A DNA stretch of 64,000 nucleotides, taken from the NCBI RefSeq assembly GCF_009914755.1, contig NC_060927.1. The stretch is one strand, 5' to 3'. Within the stretch, counting starts at the first letter, position 1; each line of letters opens with the position of its first letter. Under the pieces are notes generated by a model. That model saw only the letters and a list, made by a program, of their open reading frames with translations. It was not told the origin of the DNA and ran no database searches. Origin of the DNA: the human T2T-CHM13v2.0 reference genome, Homo sapiens. Shown here piece after piece: positions 1-13,030 of the stretch. The translations under genes were made by a program, and so were the position numbers.

Positions 1-1649
1 GCCAAACATCAGTCTCACCCAGCTCACAGATGTGTTTCATGTGGCCCAGTGTTTTAAAGTTAGTTTGAATCAAGGGTCAACATTCAAAATTGAAGTGATT
101 TTATATTTCTGATTTCTGTAGAAGATTCAGAAGTCCCAACATCTTTCTCCCTGGCAATAGTTGGCTGAAGTTCAGGTTTCTGGTCTTGTCAGAGGGAGCG
201 TATACTCTCCACGGTGATGAAGGTGCCACTATTCCCTATAGTCTTCCCTCCAGCCACCTTCATTCATTCACCCCATGCAAGCTTGGCCCCAGAAGCCATG
301 TGAGCTTGTAGTCACTGCTTTAAGGCTTTGGTACATCTCCAGCCACTTCCCTGGATGTTACCAGATGCATGTACACATGCACATACACACGTGCCAGTCA
401 CATCTTGCACTTCTGCACCTCTGTGCCTTTGTAAATGCTGTTCTTCTTACCTGGAATGCTTTTTTCTGTCTGGTTAAAGGGCTTTCCTCCACAAAACCAC
501 CTGGATCTACCCAGGAAACTGCTTGTCCTTGTATATGCACTTAGAACATTACCAACTCTTCTGTCACCTTTTATTTTTCTCACTCCTGGACTCCAGACAA
601 TGTTTTCATTCAGAAGAAGAAGTATCTTATTCACCTTAATATCCCTGAATCCTAGCACAGGGTCTGATGAATGAATTCTGAGTGAATGAATTCTGACATC
701 TCTGTCTCCAGCCCAGGCCTTCTATATGGATCAGGAGGAACCATCAAGAGGTCTTATTCAGCTGCCTCCTGGGTGCTTCCGTGAAAGTCCCTGCAGCCGT
801 TCTGTCTGCACTTGCCTGCTATCTTCCTCCTCTTCGCCTTTCCATCTCTCAGAAAGCCTGTTACCCCTCCTGTTTCCTCAACTTGTATAAGTCACAGAGA
901 ACCTCTAACAATTCCATAGTTAGTTACCTGAGCCAACAACACAGAGGTCATTTTAGTTTCTTCTTCTCCCATACCCCACCTGTCCCCTTATTCTCCCTCA
1001 ATCTCCGGCCATCCCTGGTACAAATGCCTTATTTCTGATGCTCATCACAGGTCAACTATTTTAGCAGTCTGCAACCTAAGTCCCTACATGTTCCCATACC
1101 ACCCTGATCCATCCTTCACTGTAATACATTCTCAACTTTCTAAACATATCTACAATACTTCTACAATTCTCCATTGCCCTCAGGATAAATGCAAGTCTCC
1201 CAAGCATGACAGAGAAAGTCAGCCCTCAGTTTCTCAGTTACTCTGCTACAGCCCCAGTGGCCTCCTTTCCATGCCTCAAAACTTTGCACATGCCATTCTC
1301 TCTGTCTAGAATGCCCTTCCCCCAGCACTTCACATGGTTGACTCTTCCATGGTTCAGGACTTAGCTCAAATGTAATCAGAAAGGCCCTCCCTGATGTCTC
1401 AACCTAAAGTGGCTCCCTGTCTAAACATGTCAACCCATGCTACTCCATCCACGATGTGTCAGATTCTGTCATCAAAGTCAGTAATGTCCATGTTTGTTTA
1501 CATGTCTGTCTCCCCACTAAAATGGAAACATCACGAAGGCGGGGACCTATCTGTAGCCCCAAGGCCTTGGCACAGTGCCTGGCACACAATCGGCACTTAA
1601 CCTGTGTTGGTTTGAATGCCAAATGATGACTGACTCTGGTAATGAAGAT

Positions 1650-2075
1650 AGGAAGGAGGGAAGGAAGGAAGGAAGGGAGGGAGGGAGGGAGGGAAGGAAG
1701 GAAGGAAAGAAGGAAGGAAGGAAGGAAGGAAGAATGGAAGAAAGGGAAGAAGGAAGGAAGGAAGGAAGGGAGGGAGGGAGGGAAGGAGGGAGGGAGGGAA
1801 GGAAGGAAGGAAAGAAGGAAGGAAGGAAGGAAGGAAGAATGGAAGAAAGGGAAGAAGGAAGGAAGGAAGGGAGGGAGGGAGGGAAGGAGGGAGGGAGGGA
1901 AGGAGAGAGGTAGGGAGGGAGGGAGGGAAGGAGAGAGGTAGGGAGGGAGGGAGGGAAGAAAGGAAAGAAGGAAGGAAGGAAGAATGGAAGAAAGGGAAGA
2001 AGGAAGAAAGGGAAGAAGGAAGGAAGGGAAGAAGGAAGGAAGGAAGGAAAGAAGGAAGGAAGGAAGGAAGGAAAC
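1650..2075 (+). repeat. Polypurine (GGAA)n/(GGGA)n compound microsatellite
   Basis: About 425 bp almost entirely G/A. It generates the spurious low-complexity ORFs at 1440-2147. Confidence 0.97.
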
Positions 2076-4446
2076 AGATGTATGCATGAACGTAATAAAA
2101 AGCGAAGACTTATTGTAACTCATGCACCTATGAAGAAATGGTTCCAAAGTGTGTTCCAGTGCATTCCTCCCAAAAGTAACACCTGTTCCAAGTTAGGCAT
2201 TTGAAAAGAAATCTCAGAGTTTATAAAGAGACGGGAATTCCTGCTGATCAACAGTGTCAATGATAGGTAGAGGTATCTGAGGTATCAATTAATTCTTATT
2301 TGGGTGTTATTTTTAGGTACCCTGTGTCCCCAGAAACCTACAAAGGGCTTAGCAACTTAAAATTGTGGTGGAATTTGAACAGGTAGACGAGTCATGTAAC
2401 AATTTATTATGATGACAAGTGCTGAGGAGTTCAAGGGAACTTGCTGATGCCTGCTTTCCTAAGTCAGATCTCAGGAGAACATATTTTGTTAGGGAAATTA
2501 GAATCCCCCAAATAGATTCTTGAGTGTATTAATATCTCTGTTGGGCTCAAGACTGGCTATTTTGGTTTACAATTAGTTTATCTCTACTTGTATCTGTCCA
2601 ATTTCAAACATGCCACAAGGAAGACATATTGCCAGCTGTTTTGAGTTTTAAAAGGACAATTTCATCAACACAATATCTATTTTTTAAACCCCATATGCAC
2701 ATTATGGCAGAAATGAGTTCCAAAATAGAGTGAAACAAAAGCTCTAAAAAAATACATCTTGCTGGTATTCTGGAATCCAAATCTCTCCAGGTTAAATCAC
2801 ATTCTCTTCAACACAGTAGCACCAATAAAAATTTATAGCATATTGTATTTTACTTCTTCAGTATGGATTAGTGTCAAACTCTGACACCAGCATAGAAAAA
2901 GCTTCTACTGGGTTTGAAAAGTCATGTGCTAGAGACATAAACTGAGAAAAATAAAGGTCTGAGTGCAGGCGGGGCACTTCATTTCCCTGGGGGAAGGCAG
3001 GAGTAGATACAAATAAACGTGCAACAGAGCAGCGAGGAAAGGACTAACTGTTGGGTCAGAAGAGAGGACAGCCGAGACCTCCACCAGGACAATAGTGAGG
3101 GCTCCAAACACCTCGAGATATGGAGCTAAGCAGCTCTGTGAATTCTCCCACTCTCAGAGGCACAGAAAATGGCTCATTAGAAATCAGGCAGTGGGGCCAT
3201 GGCCTCTGTAAGATCCTCTCTGTAAGAGAAAGGAAGGGAAACCATCACTTCATCATGCCTCCATTGGATACCTGGTTTTATAGTTATAAATGGATGTCTT
3301 CACTTATTCTGTGCCTTATCCCCTGAAGAAACTAAAACAATCTTGATTCTGTATGAAAACCACACATGGAATATTCTTGCAAAAAAAAAAAAAGGAAATT
3401 CAGACTTTATAACCAATTTAGGCTAACATGACTATAACTGGAAGAACAGAGCTGGGTAGGTGGGGCACAGGAATAGGATGGAAATGTTTCACTATCTACC
3501 GCTTTATGTAGATAAAGCACGTAAATGTGTTTTTTATTTTTCAAAAATTGAAAGTTTGAATGTATACAGTTAAACCTTTTCAGATTACTCTGAAAGTAAA
3601 CCATTTCAGGAAAATGGAAGTGAGCATTTCCTTGTCAGGGTAAACAATTCCTTCCATTTTTCAGTCAAACCTCTTTAAGCTAAGCTGAGCATTCTTGCTT
3701 AGATTCTACACTCTGTGGGCATTAAAATCCTAAATTAAGAACCCATGTTTTTCCAAAGAGATTCCAGACCCTCTTAGTGTGTGGTGGGTTACCAATAGCA
3801 GCAAAGCCTAAAATCTTGTTTAATTATCTGTCTTAATTGATGGGATAATAAGCATTGATTCTACATATATAGGTGTGTTGGCTGCATCACTGCAATTACA
3901 TGGCATGTTTTATTCATGAGAGAGGCCGCAGACTGTCTTGGTGATCATCAGAACCAGTTTCTCCCTCTCAAATGAGCATCAGAAAGGGCTGCATAATGAC
4001 AGTCACCAACAGAAAATTAAAGGTTCTTGCTTTTTCTCCCATTACATTGCAAGATAATTAAAGCTCAGACCAATACAATGTTGAACATCTTTATTCAGAA
4101 ATTTGATTTCCACTACATCAGACAGGCATTTAAATGCTTTAGGCCAGCTGCTGGCAACTTTACTGGGTGGGCCAATGATAAAGACATAGTCTTTCCAACT
4201 TGTTTTGCCAGTGCCCAACCAAAGAGAGGGAATAGGCCTGGCAAGTGGACCCTCTGCTTTGTGCCTACTGGCTCCGGGTAACACATCCAAAAGAGCTGTT
4301 TTATTGAAAAGAGACAAACCACTAAAAAAAAAATGTTACATAAACTATGGAACATGAGAGGGTCTAATTCTGATATGCACTATTTCCATAAAGCCTGACT
4401 CTGTCCTCATTTGTATGGGTAAACTGGCTGTCAACATAGGAGTTCT

Positions 4447-4712
4447 TTCTTTTTATTTCAACCCTTATTTTAGATTCGGGAGGGTGCATGTGCAGGTTTA
4501 TTACATGGGTATATTGCGTGATGCGGAGGTTGGAGATACAAATGATCCCATCACCCAGGCAGCAAGCATTGTACCCAATAGGTAGTTTTTCAGCCCATGC
4601 CCTCCTCCTTCTTCCCCCTGCCCCGCCATGTAATCCCCATTGCCTATTGTTCTCTTCTTTTTGTCCATGAGTACCCAATGCTTAGCTCTCACTTATAAGA
4701 GAGAACATAGCA
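4447..4712 (-). mobile_element. 3' fragment of an old primate L1 (L1PA15/16-like)
   Basis: Antisense L1 3' UTR (TGCATGTGCAGGTTTATTACATGGG...GAGAACAT). Confidence 0.75.
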
Positions 4713-4846
4713 TGGGATTTGAATAGCAAGTCCCCATTATAAAGACAAGACCATCCCAATGCAGATCATTACGAGACAGCAAGAGCATTAGATGTACAGA
4801 AAGGGGTCAGCAGAATGTGGACACAAAACTTATTAGAGGGAGAGAG

Positions 4847-4857
4847 GATAGATAGAT

Positions 4858-4899
<42 letters not shown>

Positions 4900-4901
4900 C
4901 A
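4847..4901 (+). repeat. (GATA)2 GAT (GATA)10 GACA tetranucleotide STR
   Basis: Read directly from the sequence. Confidence 0.97.
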
Positions 4902-6871
4902 GAAATATGTAAGGACCTGGCTATAGAGTATGTGAAGACAACTGGGACAGTGACAGAAGCGCAATGGCATTCCGTAAATGTGGGCACTGTTACTGACAAA
5001 GAAGCAGGGTAGGTTTGTATAAGTTATGTGGCCAGGTCAGAAAACATGCTTTTGAGCAAGTTGCTCAACCTTTCTAAGCCTGTTCATGAACATATAGCAA
5101 GTATTGAAATAAGGAAATATTTAAAAAATTATACAGGGACTTCTATTTCCAGGAAGATGGAGTAAACGTATTTTCTTTATTCCTCCTACAAGGTACATCA
5201 AAAGCTCCTGGATATTATATATAAAATAAACCTAAATCTAAACAGGGAGAAAAGGAGACAGACTGCTAGGGACCTCAGGATGCCAAGAACTTCATGGCAG
5301 TGAGTTCCGGGGTTTCTTTTTTCCTCATATAACCTAGAGTGGGTGTGGGGGAAGCCAGTCACTAGAAACAGACACAAAGAGCCTTAACAGAAGTCTGCTG
5401 TCTCTAATCAAAGGTACAGGAGGTGGGCGGCCTAGCAAGACAAAAAACTTTTAGAAAATAAGTACTCTACTGCAGCTAAACACCTTTACAAACAACTGTG
5501 CTTCACCCCCACCACACCAGCAAAGATCAACTGATGAGCCTAGACTTTCAGCCTCTCCAAGCCCCCAATCATCACCATATCAGAGTGCTGCCAAAGAAAG
5601 CTAAGAAGAAGGCCAGGACTTTCATCCTCCAACTGTAGCCCCAAGTCTTCCCACCCACCATGGTATCAGATGATACCATGATGTGAGAGGAGGCCTAGTG
5701 AAGAGATGGGACTTTCACCCCCACCTAGAAGTAATGAAGCAACCCCACCAGTGATATCAATGGGGGCCACATGGGGAGCAGTAACAAGGCACTCCTATAC
5801 CTCCCAGCCAGGAAAACATCCATGGAGGCATAGGAGGAAGTCACAACGCTTACTCCCAAGCAGAAGTAACAAGAAGCCCCCCAACTAAGACATCTATCTG
5901 TACCTGGCAGGAAAGTGACACCCTCCCCATTTCCTTGCTGAGGAAGTACAGAGGAGGCCAGTTAAAATAGAAGGTTTAAATAAAATTAGAAGTCTCATAA
6001 TAACCAAAATATCCAGGTTTCCATTTTTAAAAATCACCCATCATATCAAGTACCAGAAAGATTTCAAACTGAATGAAAAGCATCAAGAGATACCAACACA
6101 AAATGACAAAGATGTGAGAATTATCTGACACAGATTTTAGAGAAGGCATAGTAAAAAATGTTTTCATACTTGAAATATGTTTTAAAAATAGAGAATCTTA
6201 GTAAAGAAACATAAGCTATAAAGAAGAAGCAAATGGAAATCTTAGAACTGAAAAATACAATAACTGAAAATTTTCCTCAAAAGCAGAATTAAGAGAGCAG
6301 ACGAAAGGACCAGTGAACTTTAAGATAAAACAACATAAATGATAAAATCTAAGCAATAGGGAGAAAATAAACTTTAAAAAATCAACAGAGCCTTAGGTAC
6401 CTATGACACTATATCAAAAGATCTAACATTCATGTTTTCCAAGCCCTGGAAGGAGAGAGGAAAAGAAGGTGGAAGACTGAAAACTACAAGAAGAAATAAC
6501 GACTGGAGATTTCCCATATTTGGAAAAAGATACAAATCTATAGATTCAAGAAGCTGAGTGAACTCCAAATTAGGGGAGACATCCACAGCAAGACATATTA
6601 TACTCAAATGTTAAAAACTAAAGACAATGTTTTAAAAATGGAAGCAGTGAGAGAGAAACAGCATATTACCCATAGGGCAAAAACAGTTAGAATGTCACTG
6701 GATTTCTCATCAGAAACCATGGAGGCCAGGAGGAAATGGGACCTTTTTCAAGTACTAAAAGAAAACAACTATTATCCCAAAATCCTATACCCAGTGGTAA
6801 TAACGTTCAAGAATGAAGGGGAAATGCAGACATTCCTGGAGAAAGGAAAACTAAAAGAATTTGTCGCCAGC

Positions 6872-7232
6872 TGACATGGTTTGGCTCTGTGTCCCCACCC
6901 AAATCTCATCTCGAATTGTAATCCCCACGTGTCAAGGGAGAGACCTGGTGGGAGGTGACTGGATCATGGGGATGGTTTCCCCCTGCTGTTCTAGTGACAG
7001 TGAGTGAGTTCTCACAAGATTTGATGGTTTTATAAGTGGCAGTTTTGCCTGCTTTCTTCTCTCTCTCCTGCAGCCTTGTGAAGAACATGCCTGCTTCTAC
7101 TCCTGCCATGATTGTAAGTTTCCTGAGGCCTCCCCAGCCATGCAGAACTCTGAGTCAATTAAACCTCCTTTGTTTATAAATTACCCAGTCTCAGGTAGTA
7201 TTTTTATAACAATGTGAAAACAGACTAATGAA
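6872..7232 (+). mobile_element. MaLR solo LTR, THE1D-like
   Basis: TGACATGGTTTGGCTCTGTGTCCCCACCCAAATCTCATCTCG...GACTAAT. It interrupts the L1M sequence at TTGTCGCCAGC|...AGACCTGCCCTA. Confidence 0.85.
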
Positions 7233-7420
7233 CAGGCAGACCTGCCCTAACAGAATGATTAAAGGACATTATCTAAACATAAAGGAAACTATGAGAGAAA
7301 GAATTTTGAACATCAGGATGAAAAAAGGAACACAATAAGGAAAGCTATGGGTAATTACAATAGACTTTCCTTCCATTCCTAAAAAATTTTAATTCAATTC
7401 CTATGAAACTCCCCCTAAGG

Positions 7421-8063
7421 TTTTTTTTTTAACTTTTATTTTAAGTTCAGGGGTACAAGTGCAGGTTTGTTACATATGTGAATTTGTGTTGTAGGGGTTT
7501 GTTGTACAGATTATTTAATCACCCAGGTATTAAGCCTAATACCCACTCATTATTTTTCCTGATTCTCTCCCACCTCCCACCCTCCACCTCCCATAAAGTC
7601 CCAGTGTGTGTTCCCCTCTATGTGTCCATGTGTTCTCATCATTTAGTTACCACTAATAAATGAGAACATGCAGTATTTGGTTTTCTGTTCCTGAGTTAGT
7701 TTGCTAAAGGTAATGGCCCCCAGCTCCATTTATGTTCCTGCAAAGGACATGATCTCATTCATTTTTATGGCTGCATAGTATTCCATGGTGAATATGTATT
7801 ACATTTTCTTTATCTAGTATCTTTGACGAACCTAACAAAAATAATCTATGGAGAAAGGAATCCCCGCTCAATAAATGGTGCTGAGATAACTGGCTAACCA
7901 TGTGCAGAAGATTGAAACTGAGCTCCATTCTTACACAATATACAAAAGTAACTCAAGATGGATTAAAGATTTAAATGTAAAACCCAAAACTATAAAAACC
8001 CTGGAAGACAACCTAAGCAATGCCATTCAAGACATAATCACAGGCAAAGATTTCATGAGGAAG
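7421..8063 (-). mobile_element. L1PA13-like insertion with 5' inversion
   Basis: Poly-T plus antisense 3' UTR (7421-~7818) fused to a sense-oriented ORF2 segment (~7819-8063). Confidence 0.75.
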
Positions 8064-8421
8064 GGGTTTTTTTAAATAGATATAGAGAAGATTATTCTAA
8101 AATGTATATGGAAAGACAAAAGAATTGGCATAACTAAAACAACTTTGAAAAAAAAAGAAATGGAGTGGGAGGAATTAATGTGTACAATTACAAAACATAT
8201 AACACAGTTATCAAGACTGTGCAGTAAATTGGAGGGACAGACACGAAGATCAACAGAACAGAATTAAGAAACTCAAAATAGACCCACACGAAAAGGTCAA
8301 ACTGATTTTTGACAAAGATGCAAAAATAATTGCATGGAAAAAGGGTAGCCTATACAACAAATAGTCCTAGAGCTATTGGACATGCATGAAAAAAAAATTT
8401 CTACCTAAGTCTCACATCTTT

Positions 8422-8719
8422 GTTTTTTTCATGTTGTTGTTGTTGTTTTCTTTGAGACAGAGTCTTGCTCTGTCACCCAGGCTGGAGTGCAATGGCATGA
8501 CCTCCACCTCCTGGGTTCAAGTGATTCTCCTGCCTCAGCCTCCCAAGTAACTGGGATTACAGGTGGCCAAGACCACGCCTGGCTAATTTTTGTATTTTTA
8601 GTAGAGACGGGGTTTCACTGTGTTGGCCAGGCTGGTTTTAAGCTCCTGACCTCATGTGATCCGCCTGCCTCAGCCTCCCAAAATGCTGGGATTACAGGCA
8701 TGAGCCACCAAGCCAGGCC
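8422..8719 (-). mobile_element. Alu (AluS)
   Basis: TSD AAGTCTCACA(T/C)CTTT at 8407-8421 and 8720-8734. Confidence 0.93.
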
Positions 8720-9745
8720 AAGTCTCACACCTTTTAACAAAAATCAAAATGAATAACAGATTTGAATGTAAAATGTAAAAACTATGAAACTTCTAGAACA
8801 TACATGGGAGAGCTACACAAATAATTCTTAGACTTGATACCAGAGGATAGTCCATAAAAGGAGAATTTAAAAAAATTAGATCTCATGAAAATTTTAAAAT
8901 TTTTGCTTTGTGAAAAAGTCCCATAAGGGAACGCAAAGACAAGCTATACAGTGGAGAAATAATTACAAACCACATATCTGACAAAGAAATAACTAGAACA
9001 TATAAAGAACTTTCAAAACTCAACAGTAAAAATTTTTAAAAATTCTATTAGAAAATTAGCAAAACACATGAAATAATCATATCACTGAAAAATCTACAAA
9101 TGGCAAATAAACAGAAAAAAGATGTTCAATATTGTTAGTAATTAGAGAAATGCACATTAAAACCAAAGTGAAATATCACTCATAACTATCAGAATGGTTA
9201 AAATAGAAAATAATAATAACACCAAATGTGGGCAAAGATTCTGGGAAACTGGACATTCATATATTGCTAGTGGTGATGTAAAGTGGCACAACCAATCTGG
9301 GAAAGTTGATGGCAGTTTCCTACAAAACTAAATGTAAAACTACCATACAACCCAGTAATTGCACTTCTGAGCATTTGTCTCAGAGAAATAAAAACCAAAG
9401 TTCACACAAAAACCTTACATTAACATTTGTAGCAATTTACTCATAATAACCTAAAACTGGTAACAACTTAGAGGTCCTTCAATGGGTTAGTCAAATAGTG
9501 GTGCATACATACTATGGAATTCTACTCAGCAACAACAAATAACAAATATACAACAACCTAGGTGAATCTCCAGAGAATTATGTGAATGAAAAAATTCCAA
9601 CCCCAAAAGGTTACATATTGCATGATTCCATCTATATAACATTCTTGAAATGACACAGTCATAGAAATGGTGAATAAATTAGTGGTTGCCAGAGTTTAAG
9701 GAGAAGTGGGGGTGGAAAAGTAGGGCCAACATGAGGCATACTCTT

Positions 9746-10054
9746 TTTTTTTTTTTTTTTGAGATAGAGTTTCACTCTTGTCGCCCAGGCTGGAGTGCAA
9801 TGGCACAATCTCGGCTCACTGCAACCTCCGCCTGCTGGGTTGAAGCGATTCTCCTGCCACAGCCTCCCAAAGTAGCTGGGATTACAGGTGCCTGCCACCA
9901 TGCCCAGGTAATTTTTTAATTTTTTTTAATTTTTAGTAGAGATGGGGTTTTACCATGTTGGTCAGGCTGGTTTGGAACTCCTGACCTCAGGTGATCCACC
10001 CACCTCGGCCTCCCAGAGTGCTGGGATTACAGGTGTGAGCCACTGGGCCTGGCG
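9746..10054 (-). mobile_element. Alu (AluSq/Sp-like)
   Basis: TSD GAGGCATACTCTT at 9733-9745 and 10055-10067. Confidence 0.93.
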
Positions 10055-10339
10055 GAGGCATACTCTTCTTGACTCTATCAATGTCAATATCTTGGTCATA
10101 ATATTTTCTAAGATGTTATCATTGGCGAAACTGAGTAAAGGGTACATGGGATGTCTGCATTCATTTTTGCAACTGCATCTAAATCTGCAATTATCTCAAA
10201 ATTTAAAAAAAATTTAAATTATACAGCATATTTGCTGAAAAATACTAGTGACAACAGTGGCTAGAAGAGTGATTATTAGTGTATTATTATTACATTTGGA
10301 GCCAGAGAGATATACATTTTTGCCTTTTTCTACTTCTTT

Positions 10340-10710
10340 ATTGTCTAGAAAGTTATTCTCCCAGACACTCTCATGCTTCCCCCACTCTCTTCCTTTAGCT
10401 CTTCAGTCAAAAATCATGTCAGGAGACCTTCCTTGCCCAACTTATATAAAATTGCAGGCTTCCCCATCCCCCACCAGTATTACATATTCCCCATCCCTAA
10501 TCAATTTTCTTTTCTCCTTAGAACTTATCACCTCTAATGCATTCTATATTTTATTTATTAATCTTGTTTCTGTGTCTTCCTCCTAGAATGTATGCTGTAA
10601 GAGGGCAGGGATCTTTGTCAGTTTTGTCTCAGCATTGCATTCTCATTGCTATTAACAGTGTTGGACCCATAGTAAGCACTCAATAAATATGTATTTAGTG
10701 AATGAATTGC
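10340..10710 (+). mobile_element. L2 3' fragment
   Basis: Typical L2 end (CTAGAATGT...GCACTCAATAAATATG...TGAATGAAT). Confidence 0.65.
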
Positions 10711-10870
10711 TAAAATTAATTTCTGTATGTGTGTTACAGGGTCCTCATATGTAAAGTTGAGTTAATGATACTTCTTTTTCATGTTATTATGAGCACTAAA
10801 TGAGATATTCAAAAACACAACTTTCTCAGGATATATAAAGAATTTCTACAACTCAAAAACAAAAAAAATA

Positions 10871-11434
<564 letters not shown>

Positions 11435-12299
11435 TCAGAACCCTTGTGTCCTGCTGGTAGGAATGTTTCAACTGTGGAAACAGTATGGTGGTTCCCTCAA
11501 AAATTAAAAATACCATTGCCATGTGATCCAGCAATTTCACTTCTAAGTGTATACCCAAAAGAATTGAAAGCAGGAACTCAAACAGGTATTGGTACACATG
11601 TGTTCATAGAAGTATTATTCATATAGGCAAAAGGTGGGGGCAACTCACGTGTCCATTGATGGATGAATGGACAAACAAAATGTGACATATACATTTATAC
11701 ATGCACTGGGCCTTAAAAAGAAAGAAAATTCTGACGCATTACTGGTGAAAGTGTAAAATGGAACACTCCTTTGGAAAACTTTGTCAGTTTCTGAGAAAAT
11801 TAAACAGAACCTACCCTGTGACCTAGCAATTCCCTGTCTATATGCAAAAGAAATGAGTGATTAGATACACAAAAATACATGTAGAAAGATGTCCATAGAA
11901 GCTTTATTCATAATGATTCAAAACTGAAAATAAACCCAATATTTATCAGCAGAAGAATGGATACGTAAACTGTGGTATCCTCAAATGAGTATTTTTTGAA
12001 GTTCTACTATGTGCAAAACACACCCCTCACCCTTAGCATCTCTTCCTTTAGCAGGCATGACACCCTTTCCTTGGGGATTCCGTTTGTTTCTCTGGTTCCT
12101 CTGAAAGCAGGGAGGGAGCAGGAACACTATATATTAATATATCCTGGCACCAGACACAAGCCCAACTTCCCTAGTGGCTATCACACTCTAGATTCTAGGG
12201 CACACTGTATTCAACAAATGTCCAATTACATAAACATTTCATGATGCTAGACCCTGAATAGAAGATACAAAAATGATTAAGCCATGATTGTTGATGACA

Positions 12300-13030
12300 A
12301 GATAGTGATTCACAAGTTGATACTTGGACTCAGAAAGACTTGAGCTTGAATCCCAGGTCTTACTAGCTATGTACTCTTGGGCAAGTCCAGGTCTCCTAAT
12401 CTGTATAAGGCATCTGCACAATGCAAACAATCACAATAGTGCCCACCAAAAGAGCGTCCTAAGAATTTAATGAGAGGATACATGTGAAGTGATGTCCAGT
12501 GCCTAGGAGGTTTTAAATCAATGCAATTTATTATTATTATTATTATTAATGTTCTCAACCTAGTGATGAGATAAGGCAAATAGTAACTAATTATAAACAT
12601 AAAGCAATGATAAGAGATGCCAAATAAAAGTAAAACATGCTTTGAGGATATTTAGAGGGAGAAGAGGCTAATTTGAACTAGCAAAATTCTGGTGAGTTCC
12701 TATGAGACTTATAGAGAGTTACGATTTGTCAGCTTAGGAAACAAGAACTGTGGTTTTAATTTTCATGATCAAAAAGTGCAGCAAGAGGTGAAATGACGTA
12801 AAATAAATAGCATCAGGTTTGAAACACCCCACAGCCTTAGATTTAAATTGAGGCTTATTCATTAATTAGCCAGAGGATTTTGGACAAGTAATTTAACTCT
12901 TCTACACTTCATTTTCATCATTTGCAAATGATGACAATTCTTATTTCTAATGGTTATTGAAAATAAAAAGAAATATTTATCAAACACCTCACACAATACC
13001 AGCTACTCAATGCATAAATTTTAACAATTA
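12300..13030. mobile_element. MIR remnants (two copies)
   Basis: MIR core motifs (TCCCAGGTCT...GGGCAAGT; GGACAAGTAATTTAACTCTTCT...TTTTCATCATTTGCAAATG). Confidence 0.55.

Larger units (their letters stand above)
5137..10215 (+). mobile_element. Ancient L1M element(s) with 5' UTR, ORF1 and ORF2 remnants, hosting nested insertions
   Basis: ORF 6608..6874 (DFSSETMEARRKW...YPKILYP) is homologous to the ORF1p C-terminus. Degraded ORF2 and 3' UTR follow to ~10215. Confidence 0.8.

Noticed and set aside
1440-2147. 235-aa, 112-aa and 99-aa ORFs
   Set aside because: They are translations of the GGAA/GGGA microsatellite: low complexity and no gene structure.
6608-6874. 88-aa ORF1p-like ORF as a domesticated gene
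   Set aside because: It is a short remnant of a degraded L1M, ended by an LTR insertion.
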